The notes under the pieces were generated by a model. That model did no database searches and was not told where the DNA came from. It saw nothing but the letters and a program-made list of their open reading frames with translations. This document shows, one piece after another, positions 37,604 to 51,531 of a stretch of DNA of 64,000 bases. Positions within the stretch are counted from its first letter, which is position 1. The number at the start of each line of letters is the position of its first letter. The position numbers were made by a program, and so were the translations under genes. The stretch spans positions 49,662,001 to 49,726,000 of the forward strand of contig NW_025964223.1 in the NCBI RefSeq assembly GCF_023055435.1. The letters run 5' to 3'. Source of the stretch: Haliotis rufescens. Lineage: Eukaryota.

Positions 37604-38701
37604 AGTGGTAAGTTTGAGTGGTAAAAATTCACGTCAGCTACGAGAGAAGCACAGAGAGCGAATGACACTTCCCCACAGACAGCCCGGCTGATACTCCGGA
37701 GGCGCGGACGTCGGAGGAGACACCCTGCTTGTTGTGGCTGATAGCTGCACGCTTACAAGCGCGTGTGCTTTTTCGTGTATTTGTATCCGAATAATCACTT
37801 CTTAATCAAGGAAAGTTTCAATTTCAACAATACAGTTAGGTAGTAAAAACATTTGGCTACATTTCGGTTACAATAGCAACGCTCACGGGTGAAGTTCAAA
37901 GCCACACGTGCTGTTTCCAATGAAGCGACCCAGTCTAAAATGTAGACATCGCTACTTTCAAAAGCACATTTTTAGCCTTGAGACTCAAGTTTATGCATTT
38001 TAAACGTTGCCTGTCAATTCTCAATATATCTAACTATGAAAGTAAAACACAACACTCATCAGTATTGCCTATGATAAGCTAGAACAAGCTTTCAAACAAC
38101 GACAATGAAGCACGTTTTTCTGACGACTTCGCCATTTTGCAACAGAAAACATTTGACACTATATTTCTGGAGACATAATTTTGGTCACTTCAATTAGAGT
38201 TGAAACTAACTTTGTCATAACAAGTAAGTAACGGGGATTTTACTTTCAGGAAAACAGTCTAGTAAGACGAGGATCTCGGGACACAAGCAGCTAGGGCGCG
38301 AAGCCCCGAACAGTAACATATATACATTGGTGTTTAGATCACTCGATCGGTCGTCACAGATTAAGTCTTTTTGCCTGTCTTAATAGCACGATATTAGTAG
38401 GGGTCTTCGTCGTTTGGATGTTAATTTAACCAGAACAATATAGGCTACCATCCATCAACGAAAAGTGAATGTTTCAGACGAAAGGCCGGATCGAGTGAGC
38501 GAGTGTGCCGGGCCTCGTGTTAAACAGTGATCACATGTTTTTAGAACGGCTAGATTTTAATCCCTGTAAATATACATCATAAATCAACAAACACAACATG
38601 TCTACTGAACCCGCTGAAAACGCGAGCATGCTGTTTTCATGGCAATGTCTGTTTACCAATGTGTGGTGGCTATATGTAGCTAAAGTTTGCCGACAAGCAT
38701 T

Positions 38702-38821
38702 GTCTACGGCCATACCACGTTGAAAACACCGGTTCTCGTCCGATCACCGAAGTTAAGCAACGTCGGGCCCGGAGAGTACTTGGATGGGTGACCGCCTGGG
38801 AACACCGGGTGCAGTAGACAT
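38702..38821 (+). rRNA. 5S: 5S rRNA
   Basis: As 2333..2452. Confidence 0.99.
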
Positions 38822-40046
38822 TTTTGCTGTGCGATTCCCACTTTTTTTCCTTTTTCGACCATAAGGTGCACTTGCCTCATTCACATCTGATGTAATCATA
38901 CACTTTTATTTCCTTGTAAATGGCCCCACTCATGCATGTCTGCTCAAAGACATAGCTGCCAGCCATGTATTCTTACATACCTTTACAGAAAGGAATTTTC
39001 CACTATACATGTGATCATATTCAGTTGTCAGTTCACCCAACTCGTCAACTATTCTGAAGGCATGTACGTCCTTTTCGCCACATAAAGGTGTTTGCGTGCA
39101 CCGATAATTGACTATTTTACTTACTTTCTTACTTTCAAAGCATGAATATATAATATATACATGTAAAATTATAATGTTGTTCGTGTTAAGTCTCGGCTCA
39201 CATCTCTTTGCCTACACAGATAAGAAAAGGAGAAAGAGTTAGATCGTACAGAGCGCCTGTCAATAGGAGTTCACTGGCTTGCTGCTGGAAAATGTATTTT
39301 GAAAGCTGTGAGCAAGCTGATCACTGTTGACACGCTTTAAAAATATGAAAAAAAAACGACGCGACTGTGTGATAAACCAGCTATTTTATGTTCCCCGTTC
39401 TAGCTGATCGCTGGCAAGCGTACTTTAGACTTATTAGAAAGTATTTCCATACATTTCTCTCGCCATACAACAGGTAGATGTGACATGTTGCAGGTAGGGG
39501 GCTAGGCGAAACGCACACGACCAAGGGCGCACAACTCTTGGCGCTCTATTTGAAAAGTCGTGCACAGGCGAGGCGTGTGTCGGTAAAACACCCCGTGGAT
39601 GTCTGGCCTTTATCGCCGTTTTACACCTTTGAACACAACGTGCATGTGCAGCTACACACATAGGAAGTCTGCACTCAGGATATTATATATATCAACGACA
39701 CTAATCGCCTCACTTTCCAACATACACCCATTTGGGGGGTTAATAAACAAGCATAACAACAGTCATTAGTGTGAAGACACACTACCCCACCCCCCCATCC
39801 CCCCCCACACACACAATAAAATCCCTGACATACCTTTATCAACATCACCTATGTGTGTTATGTGCGTGGTGGGTGTTGCTGCCACGTTATCTCTGTTATC
39901 ACGAGAACCTGCACTTTATTACTGCTAATATACATATTTATTGTTTTGTTATCAGTGTTTTCAAGTTTTCTTTTGGGGTATTTGGATGGCCCTGAAAAGG
40001 GCCTTTGGACCACAGAAATGTGGAGCGAAGGCGTGACAATGAGAGC

Positions 40047-40610
40047 TTAAGCCTTCTTTGGCTTGACTGCCTTCTTCTTGGGGGTCTTGACCTTCTTGGG
40101 TTTGGCTGCTGCCTTCTTGGGTGTCTTCGCCTTCTTGGGCTTGGCTGCAGCCTTCACCTTCTTTGGTGACTTAGCGGCCTTCTTAGCGGCTGTTTTGGGT
40201 TTCTTGGCAGCAGCTGGCTTCTTGACTTTCTTGGGGGATTTGGCAGCCTTCTTTGGTTTGGCAGCTGCCTTAGCCTTCTTGGGTTTTTCGTCTTTCTTTG
40301 CCTCGCCAAGACGGAATGATCCAGCGGCTCCAGTTCCCTTTGATTGCTTCAGTGCGCCGTTCTTGACTCCATTTTTCAAAGCAGTCTTGATGCGAGCATT
40401 GATGGCCACCTGGTTGTCACCAACCTTGTAGTTGGCCAAGATGTATTTCAGAACAGCCTGTCGGGAAGAACCACCCCTCTCCTTCAGGGTTGAAATAGCT
40501 TTCTTGATCATCTCCAAATAGGTAGGATGTGCGGCAGCCTTCTTAGGCTTGGCAGCAGCCTTCTTCTTGGGAGTCTTGACAACAGCGGGGGCAGCAGCAG
40601 CATCAGCCAT
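40047..40610 (-). CDS. H1: Linker histone H1
   Basis: Same protein as 671..1234. Confidence 0.99.
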   Translation of the reverse strand: MADAAAAPAVVKTPKKKAAAKPKKAAAHPTYLEMIKKAISTLKERGGSSRQAVLKYILANYKVGDNQVAINARIKTALKNGVKNGALKQSKGTGAAGSFRLGEAKKDEKPKKAKAAAKPKKAAKSPKKVKKPAAAKKPKTAAKKAAKSPKKVKAAAKPKKAKTPKKAAAKPKKVKTPKKKAVKPKKA

Positions 40611-41708
40611 AGTGGTAAGTTTGAGTGGTAAAAATTCACGTCAGCTACGAGAGAAGCACAGAGAGCGAATGACACTTCCCCACAGACAGCCCGGCTGATA
40701 CTCCGGAGGCGCGGACGTCGGAGGAGACACCCTGCTTGTTGTGGCTGATAGCTGCACGCTTACAAGCGCGTGTGCTTTTTCGTGTATTTGTATCCGAATA
40801 ATCACTTCTTAATCAAGGAAAGTTTCAATTTCAACAATACAGTTAGGTAGTAAAAACATTTGGCTACATTTCGGTTACAATAGCAACGCTCACGGGTGAA
40901 GTTCAAAGCCACACGTGCTGTTTCCAATGAAGCGACCCAGTCTAAAATGTAGACATCGCTACTTTCAAAAGCACATTTTTAGCCTTGAGACTCAAGTTTA
41001 TGCATTTTAAACGTTGCCTGTCAATTCTCAATATATCTAACTATGAAAGTAAAACACAACACTCATCAGTATTGCCTATGATAAGCTAGAACAAGCTTTC
41101 AAACAACGACAATGAAGCACGTTTTTCTGACGACTTCGCCATTTTGCAACAGAAAACATTTGACACTATATTTCTGGAGACATAATTTTGGTCACTTCAA
41201 TTAGAGTTGAAACTAACTTTGTCATAACAAGTAAGTAACGGGGATTTTACTTTCAGGAAAACAGTCTAGTAAGACGAGGATCTCGGGACACAAGCAGCTA
41301 GGGCGCGAAGCCCCGAACAGTAACATATATACATTGGTGTTTAGATCACTCGATCGGTCGTCACAGATTAAGTCTTTTTGCCTGTCTTAATAGCACGATA
41401 TTAGTAGGGGTCTTCGTCGTTTGGATGTTAATTTAACCAGAACAATATAGGCTACCATCCATCAACGAAAAGTGAATGTTTCAGACGAAAGGCCGGATCG
41501 AGTGAGCGAGTGTGCCGGGCCTCGTGTTAAACAGTGATCACATGTTTTTAGAACGGCTAGATTTTAATCCCTGTAAATATACATCATAAATCAACAAACA
41601 CAACATGTCTACTGAACCCGCTGAAAACGCGAGCATGCTGTTTTCATGGCAATGTCTGTTTACCAATGTGTGGTGGCTATATGTAGCTAAAGTTTGCCGA
41701 CAAGCATT

Positions 41709-41828
41709 GTCTACGGCCATACCACGTTGAAAACACCGGTTCTCGTCCGATCACCGAAGTTAAGCAACGTCGGGCCCGGAGAGTACTTGGATGGGTGACC
41801 GCCTGGGAACACCGGGTGCAGTAGACAT
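41709..41828 (+). rRNA. 5S: 5S rRNA
   Basis: As 2333..2452. Confidence 0.99.
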
Positions 41829-42804
41829 TTTTGCTGTGCGATTCCCACTTTTTTTCCTTTTTCGACCATAAGGTGCACTTGCCTCATTCACATCTGATGT
41901 AATCATACACTTTTATTTCCTTGTAAATGGCCCCACTCATGCATGTCTGCTCAAAGACATAGCTGCCAGCCATGTATTCTTACATACCTTTACAGAAAGG
42001 AATTTTCCACTATACATGTGATCATATTCAGTTGTCAGTTCACCCAACTCGTCAACTATTCTGAAGGCATGTACGTCCTTTTCGCCACATAAAGGTGTTT
42101 GCGTGCACCGATAATTGACTATTTTACTTACTTTCTTACTTTCAAAGCATGAATATATAATATATACATGTAAAATTATAATGTTGTTCGTGTTAAGTCT
42201 CGGCTCACATCTCTTTGCCTACACAGATAAGAAAAGGAGAAAGAGTTAGATCGTACAGAGCGCCTGTCAATAGGAGTTCACTGGCTTGCTGCTGGAAAAT
42301 GTATTTTGAAAGCTGTGAGCAAGCTGATCACTGTTGACACGCTTTAAAAATATGAAAAAAAAACGACGCGACTGTGTGATAAACCAGCTATTTTATGTTC
42401 CCCGTTCTAGCTGATCGCTGGCAAACGTACTTTAGACTTATTAGAAAGTATTTCCATACATTTCTCTCGCCATACAACAGGTAGATGTGACATGTTGCAG
42501 GTAGGGGGCTAGGCGAAACGCACACGACCAAGGGCGCACAACTCTTGGCGCTCTATTTGAAAAGTCGTGCACAGGCGAGGCGTGTGTCGGTAAAACACCC
42601 CGTGGATGTCTGGCCTTTATCGCCGTTTTACACCTTTGAACACAACGTGCATGTGCAGCTACACACATAGGAAGTCTGCACTCAGGATATTATATATATC
42701 AACGACACTAATCGCCTCACTTTCCAACATACACCCATTTGGGGGGTTAATAAACAAGCATAACAACAGTCATTAGTGTGAAGACACACTACCCCACCCC
42801 CCCA

Positions 42805-42853
<49 letters not shown>

Positions 42854-43085
42854 AATAAAATCCCTGACATACCTTTATCAACATCACCTATGTGTGTTAT
42901 GTGCGTGGTGGGTGTTGCTGCCACGTTATCTCTGTTATCACGAGAACCTGCACTTTATTACTGCTAATATACATATTTATTGTTTTGTTATCAGTGTTTT
43001 CAAGTTTTCTTTTGGGGTATTTGGATGGCCCTGAAAAGGGCCTTTGGACCACAGAAATGTGGAGCGAAGGCGTGACAATGAGAGC

Positions 43086-43649
43086 TTAAGCCTTCTTTGG
43101 CTTGACTGCCTTCTTCTTGGGGGTCTTGACCTTCTTGGGTTTGGCTGCTGCCTTCTTGGGTGTCTTCGCCTTCTTGGGCTTGGCTGCAGCCTTCACCTTC
43201 TTTGGTGACTTAGCGGCCTTCTTAGCGGCTGTTTTGGGTTTCTTGGCAGCAGCTGGCTTCTTGACTTTCTTGGGGGATTTGGCAGCCTTCTTTGGTTTGG
43301 CAGCTGCCTTAGCCTTCTTGGGTTTTTCGTCTTTCTTTGCCTCGCCAAGACGGAATGATCCAGCGGCTCCAGTTCCCTTTGATTGCTTCAGTGCGCCGTT
43401 CTTGACTCCATTTTTCAAAGCAGTCTTGATGCGAGCATTGATGGCCACCTGGTTGTCACCAACCTTGTAGTTGGCCAAGATGTATTTCAGAACAGCCTGT
43501 CGGGAAGAACCACCCCTCTCCTTCAGGGTTGAAATAGCTTTCTTGATCATCTCCAAATAGGTAGGATGTGCGGCAGCCTTCTTAGGCTTGGCAGCAGCCT
43601 TCTTCTTGGGAGTCTTGACAACAGCGGGGGCAGCAGCAGCATCAGCCAT
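43086..43649 (-). CDS. H1: Linker histone H1
   Basis: Same protein as 671..1234. Confidence 0.99.
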   Translation of the reverse strand: MADAAAAPAVVKTPKKKAAAKPKKAAAHPTYLEMIKKAISTLKERGGSSRQAVLKYILANYKVGDNQVAINARIKTALKNGVKNGALKQSKGTGAAGSFRLGEAKKDEKPKKAKAAAKPKKAAKSPKKVKKPAAAKKPKTAAKKAAKSPKKVKAAAKPKKAKTPKKAAAKPKKVKTPKKKAVKPKKA

Positions 43650-44747
43650 AGTGGTAAGTTTGAGTGGTAAAAATTCACGTCAGCTACGAGAGAAGCACAG
43701 AGAGCGAATGACACTTCCCCACAGACAGCCCGGCTGATACTCCGGAGGCGCGGACGTCGGAGGAGACACCCTGCTTGTTGTGGCTGATAGCTGCACGCTT
43801 ACAAGCGCGTGTGCTTTTTCGTGTATTTGTATCCGAATAATCACTTCTTAATCAAGGAAAGTTTCAATTTCAACAATACAGTTAGGTAGTAAAAACATTT
43901 GGCTACATTTCGGTTACAATAGCAACGCTCACGGGTGAAGTTCAAAGCCACACGTGCTGTTTCCAATGAAGCGACCCAGTCTAAAATGTAGACATCGCTA
44001 CTTTCAAAAGCACATTTTTAGCCTTGAGACTCAAGTTTATGCATTTTAAACGTTGCCTGTCAATTCTCAATATATCTAACTATGAAAGTAAAACACAACA
44101 CTCATCAGTATTGCCTATGATAAGCTAGAACAAGCTTTCAAACAACGACAATGAAGCACGTTTTTCTGACGACTTCGCCATTTTGCAACAGAAAACATTT
44201 GACACTATATTTCTGGAGACATAATTTTGGTCACTTCAATTAGAGTTGAAACTAACTTTGTCATAACAAGTAAGTAACGGGGATTTTACTTTCAGGAAAA
44301 CAGTCTAGTAAGACGAGGATCTCGGGACACAAGCAGCTAGGGCGCGAAGCCCCGAACAGTAACATATATACATTGGTGTTTAGATCACTCGATCGGTCGT
44401 CACAGATTAAGTCTTTTTGCCTGTCTTAATAGCACGATATTAGTAGGGGTCTTCGTCGTTTGGATGTTAATTTAACCAGAACAATATAGGCTACCATCCA
44501 TCAACGAAAAGTGAATGTTTCAGACGAAAGGCCGGATCGAGTGAGCGAGTGTGCCGGGCCTCGTGTTAAACAGTGATCACATGTTTTTAGAACGGCTAGA
44601 TTTTAATCCCTGTAAATATACATCATAAATCAACAAACACAACATGTCTACTGAACCCGCTGAAAACGCGAGCATGCTGTTTTCATGGCAATGTCTGTTT
44701 ACCAATGTGTGGTGGCTATATGTAGCTAAAGTTTGCCGACAAGCATT

Positions 44748-44867
44748 GTCTACGGCCATACCACGTTGAAAACACCGGTTCTCGTCCGATCACCGAAGTT
44801 AAGCAACGTCGGGCCCGGAGAGTACTTGGATGGGTGACCGCCTGGGAACACCGGGTGCAGTAGACAT
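44748..44867 (+). rRNA. 5S: 5S rRNA
   Basis: As 2333..2452. Confidence 0.99.
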
Positions 44868-46103
44868 TTTTGCTGTGCGATTCCCACTTTTTTTCCTTTT
44901 TCGACCATAAGGTGCACTTGCCTCATTCACATCTGATGTAATCATACACTTTTATTTCCTTGTAAATGGCCCCACTCATGCATGTCTGCTCAAAGACATA
45001 GCTGCCAGCCATGTATTCTTACATACCTTTACAGAAAGGAATTTTCCACTATACATGTGATCATATTCAGTTGTCAGTTCACCCAACTCGTCAACTATTC
45101 TGAAGGCATGTACGTCCTTTTCGCCACATAAAGGTGTTTGCGTGCACCGATAATTGACTATTTTACTTACTTTCTTACTTTCAAAGCATGAATATATAAT
45201 ATATACATGTAAAATTATAATGTTGTTCGTGTTAAGTCTCGGCTCACATCTCTTTGCCTACACAGATAAGAAAAGGAGAAAGAGTTAGATCGTACAGAGC
45301 GCCTGTCAATAGGAGTTCACTGGCTTGCTGCTGGAAAATGTATTTTGAAAGCTGTGAGCAAGCTGATCACTGTTGACACGCTTTAAAAATATGAAAAAAA
45401 AACGACGCGACTGTGTGATAAACCAGCTATTTTATGTTCCCCGTTCTAGCTGATCGCTGGCAAACGTACTTTAGACTTATTAGAAAGTATTTCCATACAT
45501 TTCTCTCGCCATACAACAGGTAGATGTGACATGTTGCAGGTAGGGGGCTAGGCGAAACGCACACGACCAAGGGCGCACAACTCTTGGCGCTCTATTTGAA
45601 AAGTCGTGCACAGGCGAGGCGTGTGTCGGTAAAACACCCCGTGGATGTCTGGCCTTTATCGCCGTTTTACACCTTTGAACACAACGTGCATGTGCAGCTA
45701 CACACATAGGAAGTCTGCACTCAGGATATTATATATATCAACGACACTAATCGCCTCACTTTCCAACATACACCCATTTGGGGGGTTAATAAACAAGCAT
45801 AACAACAGTCATTAGTGTGAAGACACACTACCCCACCCCCCCCATCCCCCCCCCCCCCCCCCCACACACACAATAAAATCCCTGACATACCTTTATCAAC
45901 ATCACCTATGTGTGTTATGTGCGTGGTGGGTGTTGCTGCCACGTTATCTCTGTTATCACGAGAACCTGCACTTTATTACTGCTAATATACATATTTATTG
46001 TTTTGTTATCAGTGTTTTCAAGTTTTCTTTTGGGGTATTTGGATGGCCCTGAAAAGGGCCTTTGGACCACAGAAATGTGGAGCGAAGGCGTGACAATGAG
46101 AGC

Positions 46104-46667
46104 TTAAGCCTTCTTTGGCTTGACTGCCTTCTTCTTGGGGGTCTTGACCTTCTTGGGTTTGGCTGCTGCCTTCTTGGGTGTCTTCGCCTTCTTGGGCTTG
46201 GCTGCAGCCTTCACCTTCTTTGGTGACTTAGCGGCCTTCTTAGCGGCTGTTTTGGGTTTCTTGGCAGCAGCTGGCTTCTTGACTTTCTTGGGGGATTTGG
46301 CAGCCTTCTTTGGTTTGGCAGCTGCCTTAGCCTTCTTGGGTTTTTCGTCTTTCTTTGCCTCGCCAAGACGGAATGATCCAGCGGCTCCAGTTCCCTTTGA
46401 TTGCTTCAGTGCGCCGTTCTTGACTCCATTTTTCAAAGCAGTCTTGATGCGAGCATTGATGGCCACCTGGTTGTCACCAACCTTGTAGTTGGCCAAGATG
46501 TATTTCAGAACAGCCTGTCGGGAAGAACCACCCCTCTCCTTCAGGGTTGAAATAGCTTTCTTGATCATCTCCAAATAGGTAGGATGTGCGGCAGCCTTCT
46601 TAGGCTTGGCAGCAGCCTTCTTCTTGGGAGTCTTGACAACAGCGGGGGCAGCAGCAGCATCAGCCAT
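46104..46667 (-). CDS. H1: Linker histone H1
   Basis: Same protein as 671..1234. Confidence 0.99.
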   Translation of the reverse strand: MADAAAAPAVVKTPKKKAAAKPKKAAAHPTYLEMIKKAISTLKERGGSSRQAVLKYILANYKVGDNQVAINARIKTALKNGVKNGALKQSKGTGAAGSFRLGEAKKDEKPKKAKAAAKPKKAAKSPKKVKKPAAAKKPKTAAKKAAKSPKKVKAAAKPKKAKTPKKAAAKPKKVKTPKKKAVKPKKA

Positions 46668-47765
46668 AGTGGTAAGTTTGAGTGGTAAAAATTCACGTCA
46701 GCTACGAGAGAAGCACAGAGAGCGAATGACACTTCCCCACAGACAGCCCGGCTGATACTCCGGAGGCGCGGACGTCGGAGGAGACACCCTGCTTGTTGTG
46801 GCTGATAGCTGCACGCTTACAAGCGCGTGTGCTTTTTCGTGTATTTGTATCCGAATAATCACTTCTTAATCAAGGAAAGTTTCAATTTCAACAATACAGT
46901 TAGGTAGTAAAAACATTTGGCTACATTTCGGTTACAATAGCAACGCTCACGGGTGAAGTTCAAAGCCACACGTGCTGTTTCCAATGAAGCGACCCAGTCT
47001 AAAATGTAGACATCGCTACTTTCAAAAGCACATTTTTAGCCTTGAGACTCAAGTTTATGCATTTTAAACGTTGCCTGTCAATTCTCAATATATCTAACTA
47101 TGAAAGTAAAACACAACACTCATCAGTATTGCCTATGATAAGCTAGAACAAGCTTTCAAACAACGACAATGAAGCACGTTTTTCTGACGACTTCGCCATT
47201 TTGCAACAGAAAACATTTGACACTATATTTCTGGAGACATAATTTTGGTCACTTCAATTAGAGTTGAAACTAACTTTGTCATAACAAGTAAGTAACGGGG
47301 ATTTTACTTTCAGGAAAACAGTCTAGTAAGACGAGGATCTCGGGACACAAGCAGCTAGGGCGCGAAGCCCCGAACAGTAACATATATACATTGGTGTTTA
47401 GATCACTCGATCGGTCGTCACAGATTAAGTCTTTTTGCCTGTCTTAATAGCACGATATTAGTAGGGGTCTTCGTCGTTTGGATGTTAATTTAACCAGAAC
47501 AATATAGGCTACCATCCATCAACGAAAAGTGAATGTTTCAGACGAAAGGCCGGATCGAGTGAGCGAGTGTGCCGGGCCTCGTGTTAAACAGTGATCACAT
47601 GTTTTTAGAACGGCTAGATTTTAATCCCTGTAAATATACATCATAAATCAACAAACACAACATGTCTACTGAACCCGCTGAAAACGCGAGCATGCTGTTT
47701 TCATGGCAATGTCTGTTTACCAATGTGTGGTGGCTATATGTAGCTAAAGTTTGCCGACAAGCATT

Positions 47766-47885
47766 GTCTACGGCCATACCACGTTGAAAACACCGGTTCT
47801 CGTCCGATCACCGAAGTTAAGCAACGTCGGGCCCGGAGAGTACTTGGATGGGTGACCGCCTGGGAACACCGGGTGCAGTAGACAT
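47766..47885 (+). rRNA. 5S: 5S rRNA
   Basis: As 2333..2452. Confidence 0.99.
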
Positions 47886-49112
47886 TTTTGCTGTGCGATT
47901 CCCACTTTTTTTCCTTTTTCGACCATAAGGTGCACTTGCCTCATTCACATCTGATGTAATCATACACTTTTATTTCCTTGTAAATGGCCCCACTCATGCA
48001 TGTCTGCTCAAAGACATAGCTGCCAGCCATGTATTCTTACATACCTTTACAGAAAGGAATTTTCCACTATACATGTGATCATATTCAGTTGTCAGTTCAC
48101 CCAACTCGTCAACTATTCTGAAGGCATGTACGTCCTTTTCGCCACATAAAGGTGTTTGCGTGCACCGATAATTGACTATTTTACTTACTTTCTTACTTTC
48201 AAAGCATGAATATATAATATATACATGTAAAATTATAATGTTGTTCGTGTTAAGTCTCGGCTCACATCTCTTTGCCTACACAGATAAGAAAAGGAGAAAG
48301 AGTTAGATCGTACAGAGCGCCTGTCAATAGGAGTTCACTGGCTTGCTGCTGGAAAATGTATTTTGAAAGCTGTGAGCAAGCTGATCACTGTTGACACGCT
48401 TTAAAAATATGAAAAAAAAACGACGCGACTGTGTGATAAACCAGCTATTTTATGTTCCCCGTTCTAGCTGATCGCTGGCAAACGTACTTTAGACTTATTA
48501 GAAAGTATTTCCATACATTTCTCTCGCCATACAACAGGTAGATGTGACATGTTGCAGGTAGGGGGCTAGGCGAAACGCACACGACCAAGGGCGCACAACT
48601 CTTGGCGCTCTATTTGAAAAGTCGTGCACAGGCGAGGCGTGTGTCGGTAAAACACCCCGTGGATGTCTGGCCTTTATCGCCGTTTTACACCTTTGAACAC
48701 AACGTGCATGTGCAGCTACACACATAGGAAGTCTGCACTCAGGATATTATATATATCAACGACACTAATCGCCTCACTTTCCAACATACACCCATTTGGG
48801 GGGTTAATAAACAAGCATAACAACAGTCATTAGTGTGAAGACACACTACCCCACCCCCCCATCCCCCCCCCCCCACACACAATAAAATCCCTGACATACC
48901 TTTATCAACATCACCTATGTGTGTTATGTGCGTGGTGGGTGTTGCTGCCACGTTATCTCTGTTATCACGAGAACCTGCACTTTATTACTGCTAATATACA
49001 TATTTATTGTTTTGTTATCAGTGTTTTCAAGTTTTCTTTTGGGGTATTTGGATGGCCCTGAAAAGGGCCTTTGGACCACAGAAATGTGGAGCGAAGGCGT
49101 GACAATGAGAGC

Positions 49113-49543
49113 TTAAGCCTTCTTTGGCTTGACTGCCTTCTTCTTGGGGGTCTTGACCTTCTTGGGTTTGGCTGCTGCCTTCTTGGGTGTCTTCGCCTTC
49201 TTGGGCTTGGCTGCAGCCTTCACCTTCTTTGGTGACTTAGCGGCCTTCTTAGCGGCTGTTTTGGGTTTCTTGGCAGCAGCTGGCTTCTTGACTTTCTTGG
49301 GGGATTTGGCAGCCTTCTTTGGTTTGGCAGCTGCCTTAGCCTTCTTGGGTTTTTCGTCTTTCTTTGCCTCGCCAAGACGGAATGATCCAGCGGCTCCAGT
49401 TCCCTTTGATTGCTTCAGTGCGCCGTTCTTGACTCCATTTTTCAAAGCAGTCTTGATGCGAGCATTGATGGCCACCTGGTTGTCACCAACCTTGTAGTTG
49501 GCCAAGATGTATTTCAGAACAGCCTGTCGGGAAGAACCACCCC
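49113..49543 (-). pseudogene. H1: H1 3' remnant cut off from its start by a LINE insertion at codon 45
   Basis: H1 sequence resumes at GGSSRQ directly after the (TAAG)n tail. Confidence 0.95.
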
Positions 49544-51398
49544 TTACTTACTTACTTATATTAGGAGATTTTACGTGCGCTTTCCGACTGGAGCGTATTT
49601 CGCACACGGGCCCGGCCGGGCCACTTAGTGGTATAAAAGTGGTAGCGAGAGGAGTGCAACCAAGGAGGGGGGTTTAGTGGTTGCTTATATAAAGTTTTGA
49701 AATTTTGAGATTTGGAATACATGCCTTGGGGGAGAGGTTGGGACTAAGGGAGTGTGTGGGGGTGAGTTGATGTTTTTTGGATGTTTAGTGTTGGTGGTTT
49801 AGTGAAGTTTTAAATACGGTTAATTAGTTCTGTTTTGGTTAGGTAACTGCCTAGGGCTTTGAAGTTTTCTATTTTATTTTGGGGGTTAAGGATTGCTTCT
49901 AAGGTAAGAGCGTTATTTGGATTTAGGTTGGTTTGTAATGTTGTACGTTGTGTGAGGTAGTGGGTGCAATGTAGTAGTACGTGGTCTATTGTTTCTGGGT
50001 GAGTGCAGTGTGGGCACTTCCCGTTTGCGTGTTTTTTTAATTTTAGAAGGTGGTTATTTAGTTTGGTGTGTCCTGTTTGGAGTTTGGTGATTATTCTATC
50101 GATTTTTTTGGAGGGATGGAGGATTTTTGGTTTGGTGAGGGGTTTTTTGAGGGTTTTTAGGATTTGGGTTTTTGTGTTTTGATAGAGGTTATGCCATTTT
50201 TGGGTGATTTTACGTTTGTTTATACTTTTGATTTCTGCTTTAGATATTGGTAGCTTAAGGCTTATGTCTGGTATTTTTAGGGATTGTTTTGCGGCTCTGT
50301 CTGCGTTTTCATTCCCGTAAATTCCTACGTGAGCTGGTATCCAGATAAGTTGTATGTTTTTGCCTGCCTCTGTTAGTTTGTTTACGCTTTTGAGAATTTG
50401 GTTTATTAATTTTGGGCGGTTTTTGGTGTTTTTGTTTTGGAGGGCCTGAAGTCCGCTTAGTGAGTCTGAGAGTATTAAGATTTTTTTTTGGTTTTTGGTG
50501 TGATGGCTGTGGAGCGCCGTGGCGATACCCATGAGCTCTGCGGTGAATATAGATTGGTTGTTTGGGAGTCGGAAGGATTGAGTATTTTTGACTGGTTGGG
50601 CTATATGGACTCCGAAACCTGTGTGATTTGTGATCGGATCAGCGGATCCGTCTGTGTATATGTGACACCAATTTGGCCATTTTTGATGGATGTAAGCTAG
50701 TGATGTGCTTTTAGCTAGGTTTGGGTCGGTTTGTTTGTTTATTATGTTGGCTAGGGATGTGTCTATTTTGGGGATTTTAAGTTTTGGGGTGAATACGTTT
50801 GATTGTTTGCAGTTTTGTTGTTGGTTTCCTATTTGGTGTTCGTTATGGTAGTTTATTATTCGTTGGGATATTGGGGTGAGTAGAGGGTGTTTTCTAGTTA
50901 GTGCCTGGTTTTGGGGACGTATGTTTTGGTTTAGCATGTTTTGGAGAAGGGGGTTTGATTGAGATGCTGCCCAGAAGTTTAGTGTTAAGTGTTGTCTACG
51001 TAAATTTAGTGGCATTTCTCCTGTAAGGGCCTGAAGTGATGTGAGGGAGGTGCCATGTTGAGTACGTGTTACTAGTTTGAGGGCTTGATATTGTATTGAA
51101 TCTAGTTTTTTGGTTAGGGTTTCGTTTAGGGTATCGTATATGGCACAGCCGTAGTCTAGTTTAGATCTGATTAGGGATGTGTAGAGGCTGAGGAGGGTAT
51201 CTTTAGAGGCTCCCCAGTTGGAGCCGGTTAGGCATCTTAGTGTGTTTAGATCTTTGCTACATCTGGTGGTTAGGTTTTGGACGTGAGCATCCCAGGAGAG
51301 ATGCTCGTCGAAGATTAGACCTAGGAATTTAGTTTGCTTTTGAAATATGATTGGTTTATTGTTTAGTTTGAGGAGAGGGGAGGCCCGTCTCATATTTT
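49544..51398 (-). mobile_element. 5'-truncated LINE copy (1,855 bp, subfamily A) in H1, no clear TSD
   Basis: Tail begins at 49544; 5' junction at 51398/51399; net insertion 1855 bp. Confidence 0.96.
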
Positions 51399-51531
51399 TC
51401 TCCTTCAGGGTTGAAATAGCTTTCTTGATCATCTCCAAATAGGTAGGATGTGCGGCAGCCTTCTTAGGCTTGGCAGCAGCCTTCTTCTTGGGAGTCTTGA
51501 CAACAGCGGGGGCAGCAGCAGCATCAGCCAT
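49810..51531 (-). CDS. Chimeric ORF: H1 residues 1-44 fused in frame to the LINE ORF2 C-terminus (RT thumb/tether, RNase H, CCHC), 573 aa
   Basis: Junction ...STLKE|KNMRRASP; no internal stops; keeps YTDGS, AEL, SDS, WIPAHVGIYGNENAD. Expression is not shown by sequence. Confidence 0.75.
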   Translation of the reverse strand: MADAAAAPAVVKTPKKKAAAKPKKAAAHPTYLEMIKKAISTLKEKNMRRASPLLKLNNKPIIFQKQTKFLGLIFDEHLSWDAHVQNLTTRCSKDLNTLRCLTGSNWGASKDTLLSLYTSLIRSKLDYGCAIYDTLNETLTKKLDSIQYQALKLVTRTQHGTSLTSLQALTGEMPLNLRRQHLTLNFWAASQSNPLLQNMLNQNIRPQNQALTRKHPLLTPISQRIINYHNEHQIGNQQQNCKQSNVFTPKLKIPKIDTSLANIINKQTDPNLAKSTSLAYIHQKWPNWCHIYTDGSADPITNHTGFGVHIAQPVKNTQSFRLPNNQSIFTAELMGIATALHSHHTKNQKKILILSDSLSGLQALQNKNTKNRPKLINQILKSVNKLTEAGKNIQLIWIPAHVGIYGNENADRAAKQSLKIPDISLKLPISKAEIKSINKRKITQKWHNLYQNTKTQILKTLKKPLTKPKILHPSKKIDRIITKLQTGHTKLNNHLLKLKKHANGKCPHCTHPETIDHVLLHCTHYLTQRTTLQTNLNPNNALTLEAILNPQNKIENFKALGSYLTKTELINRI

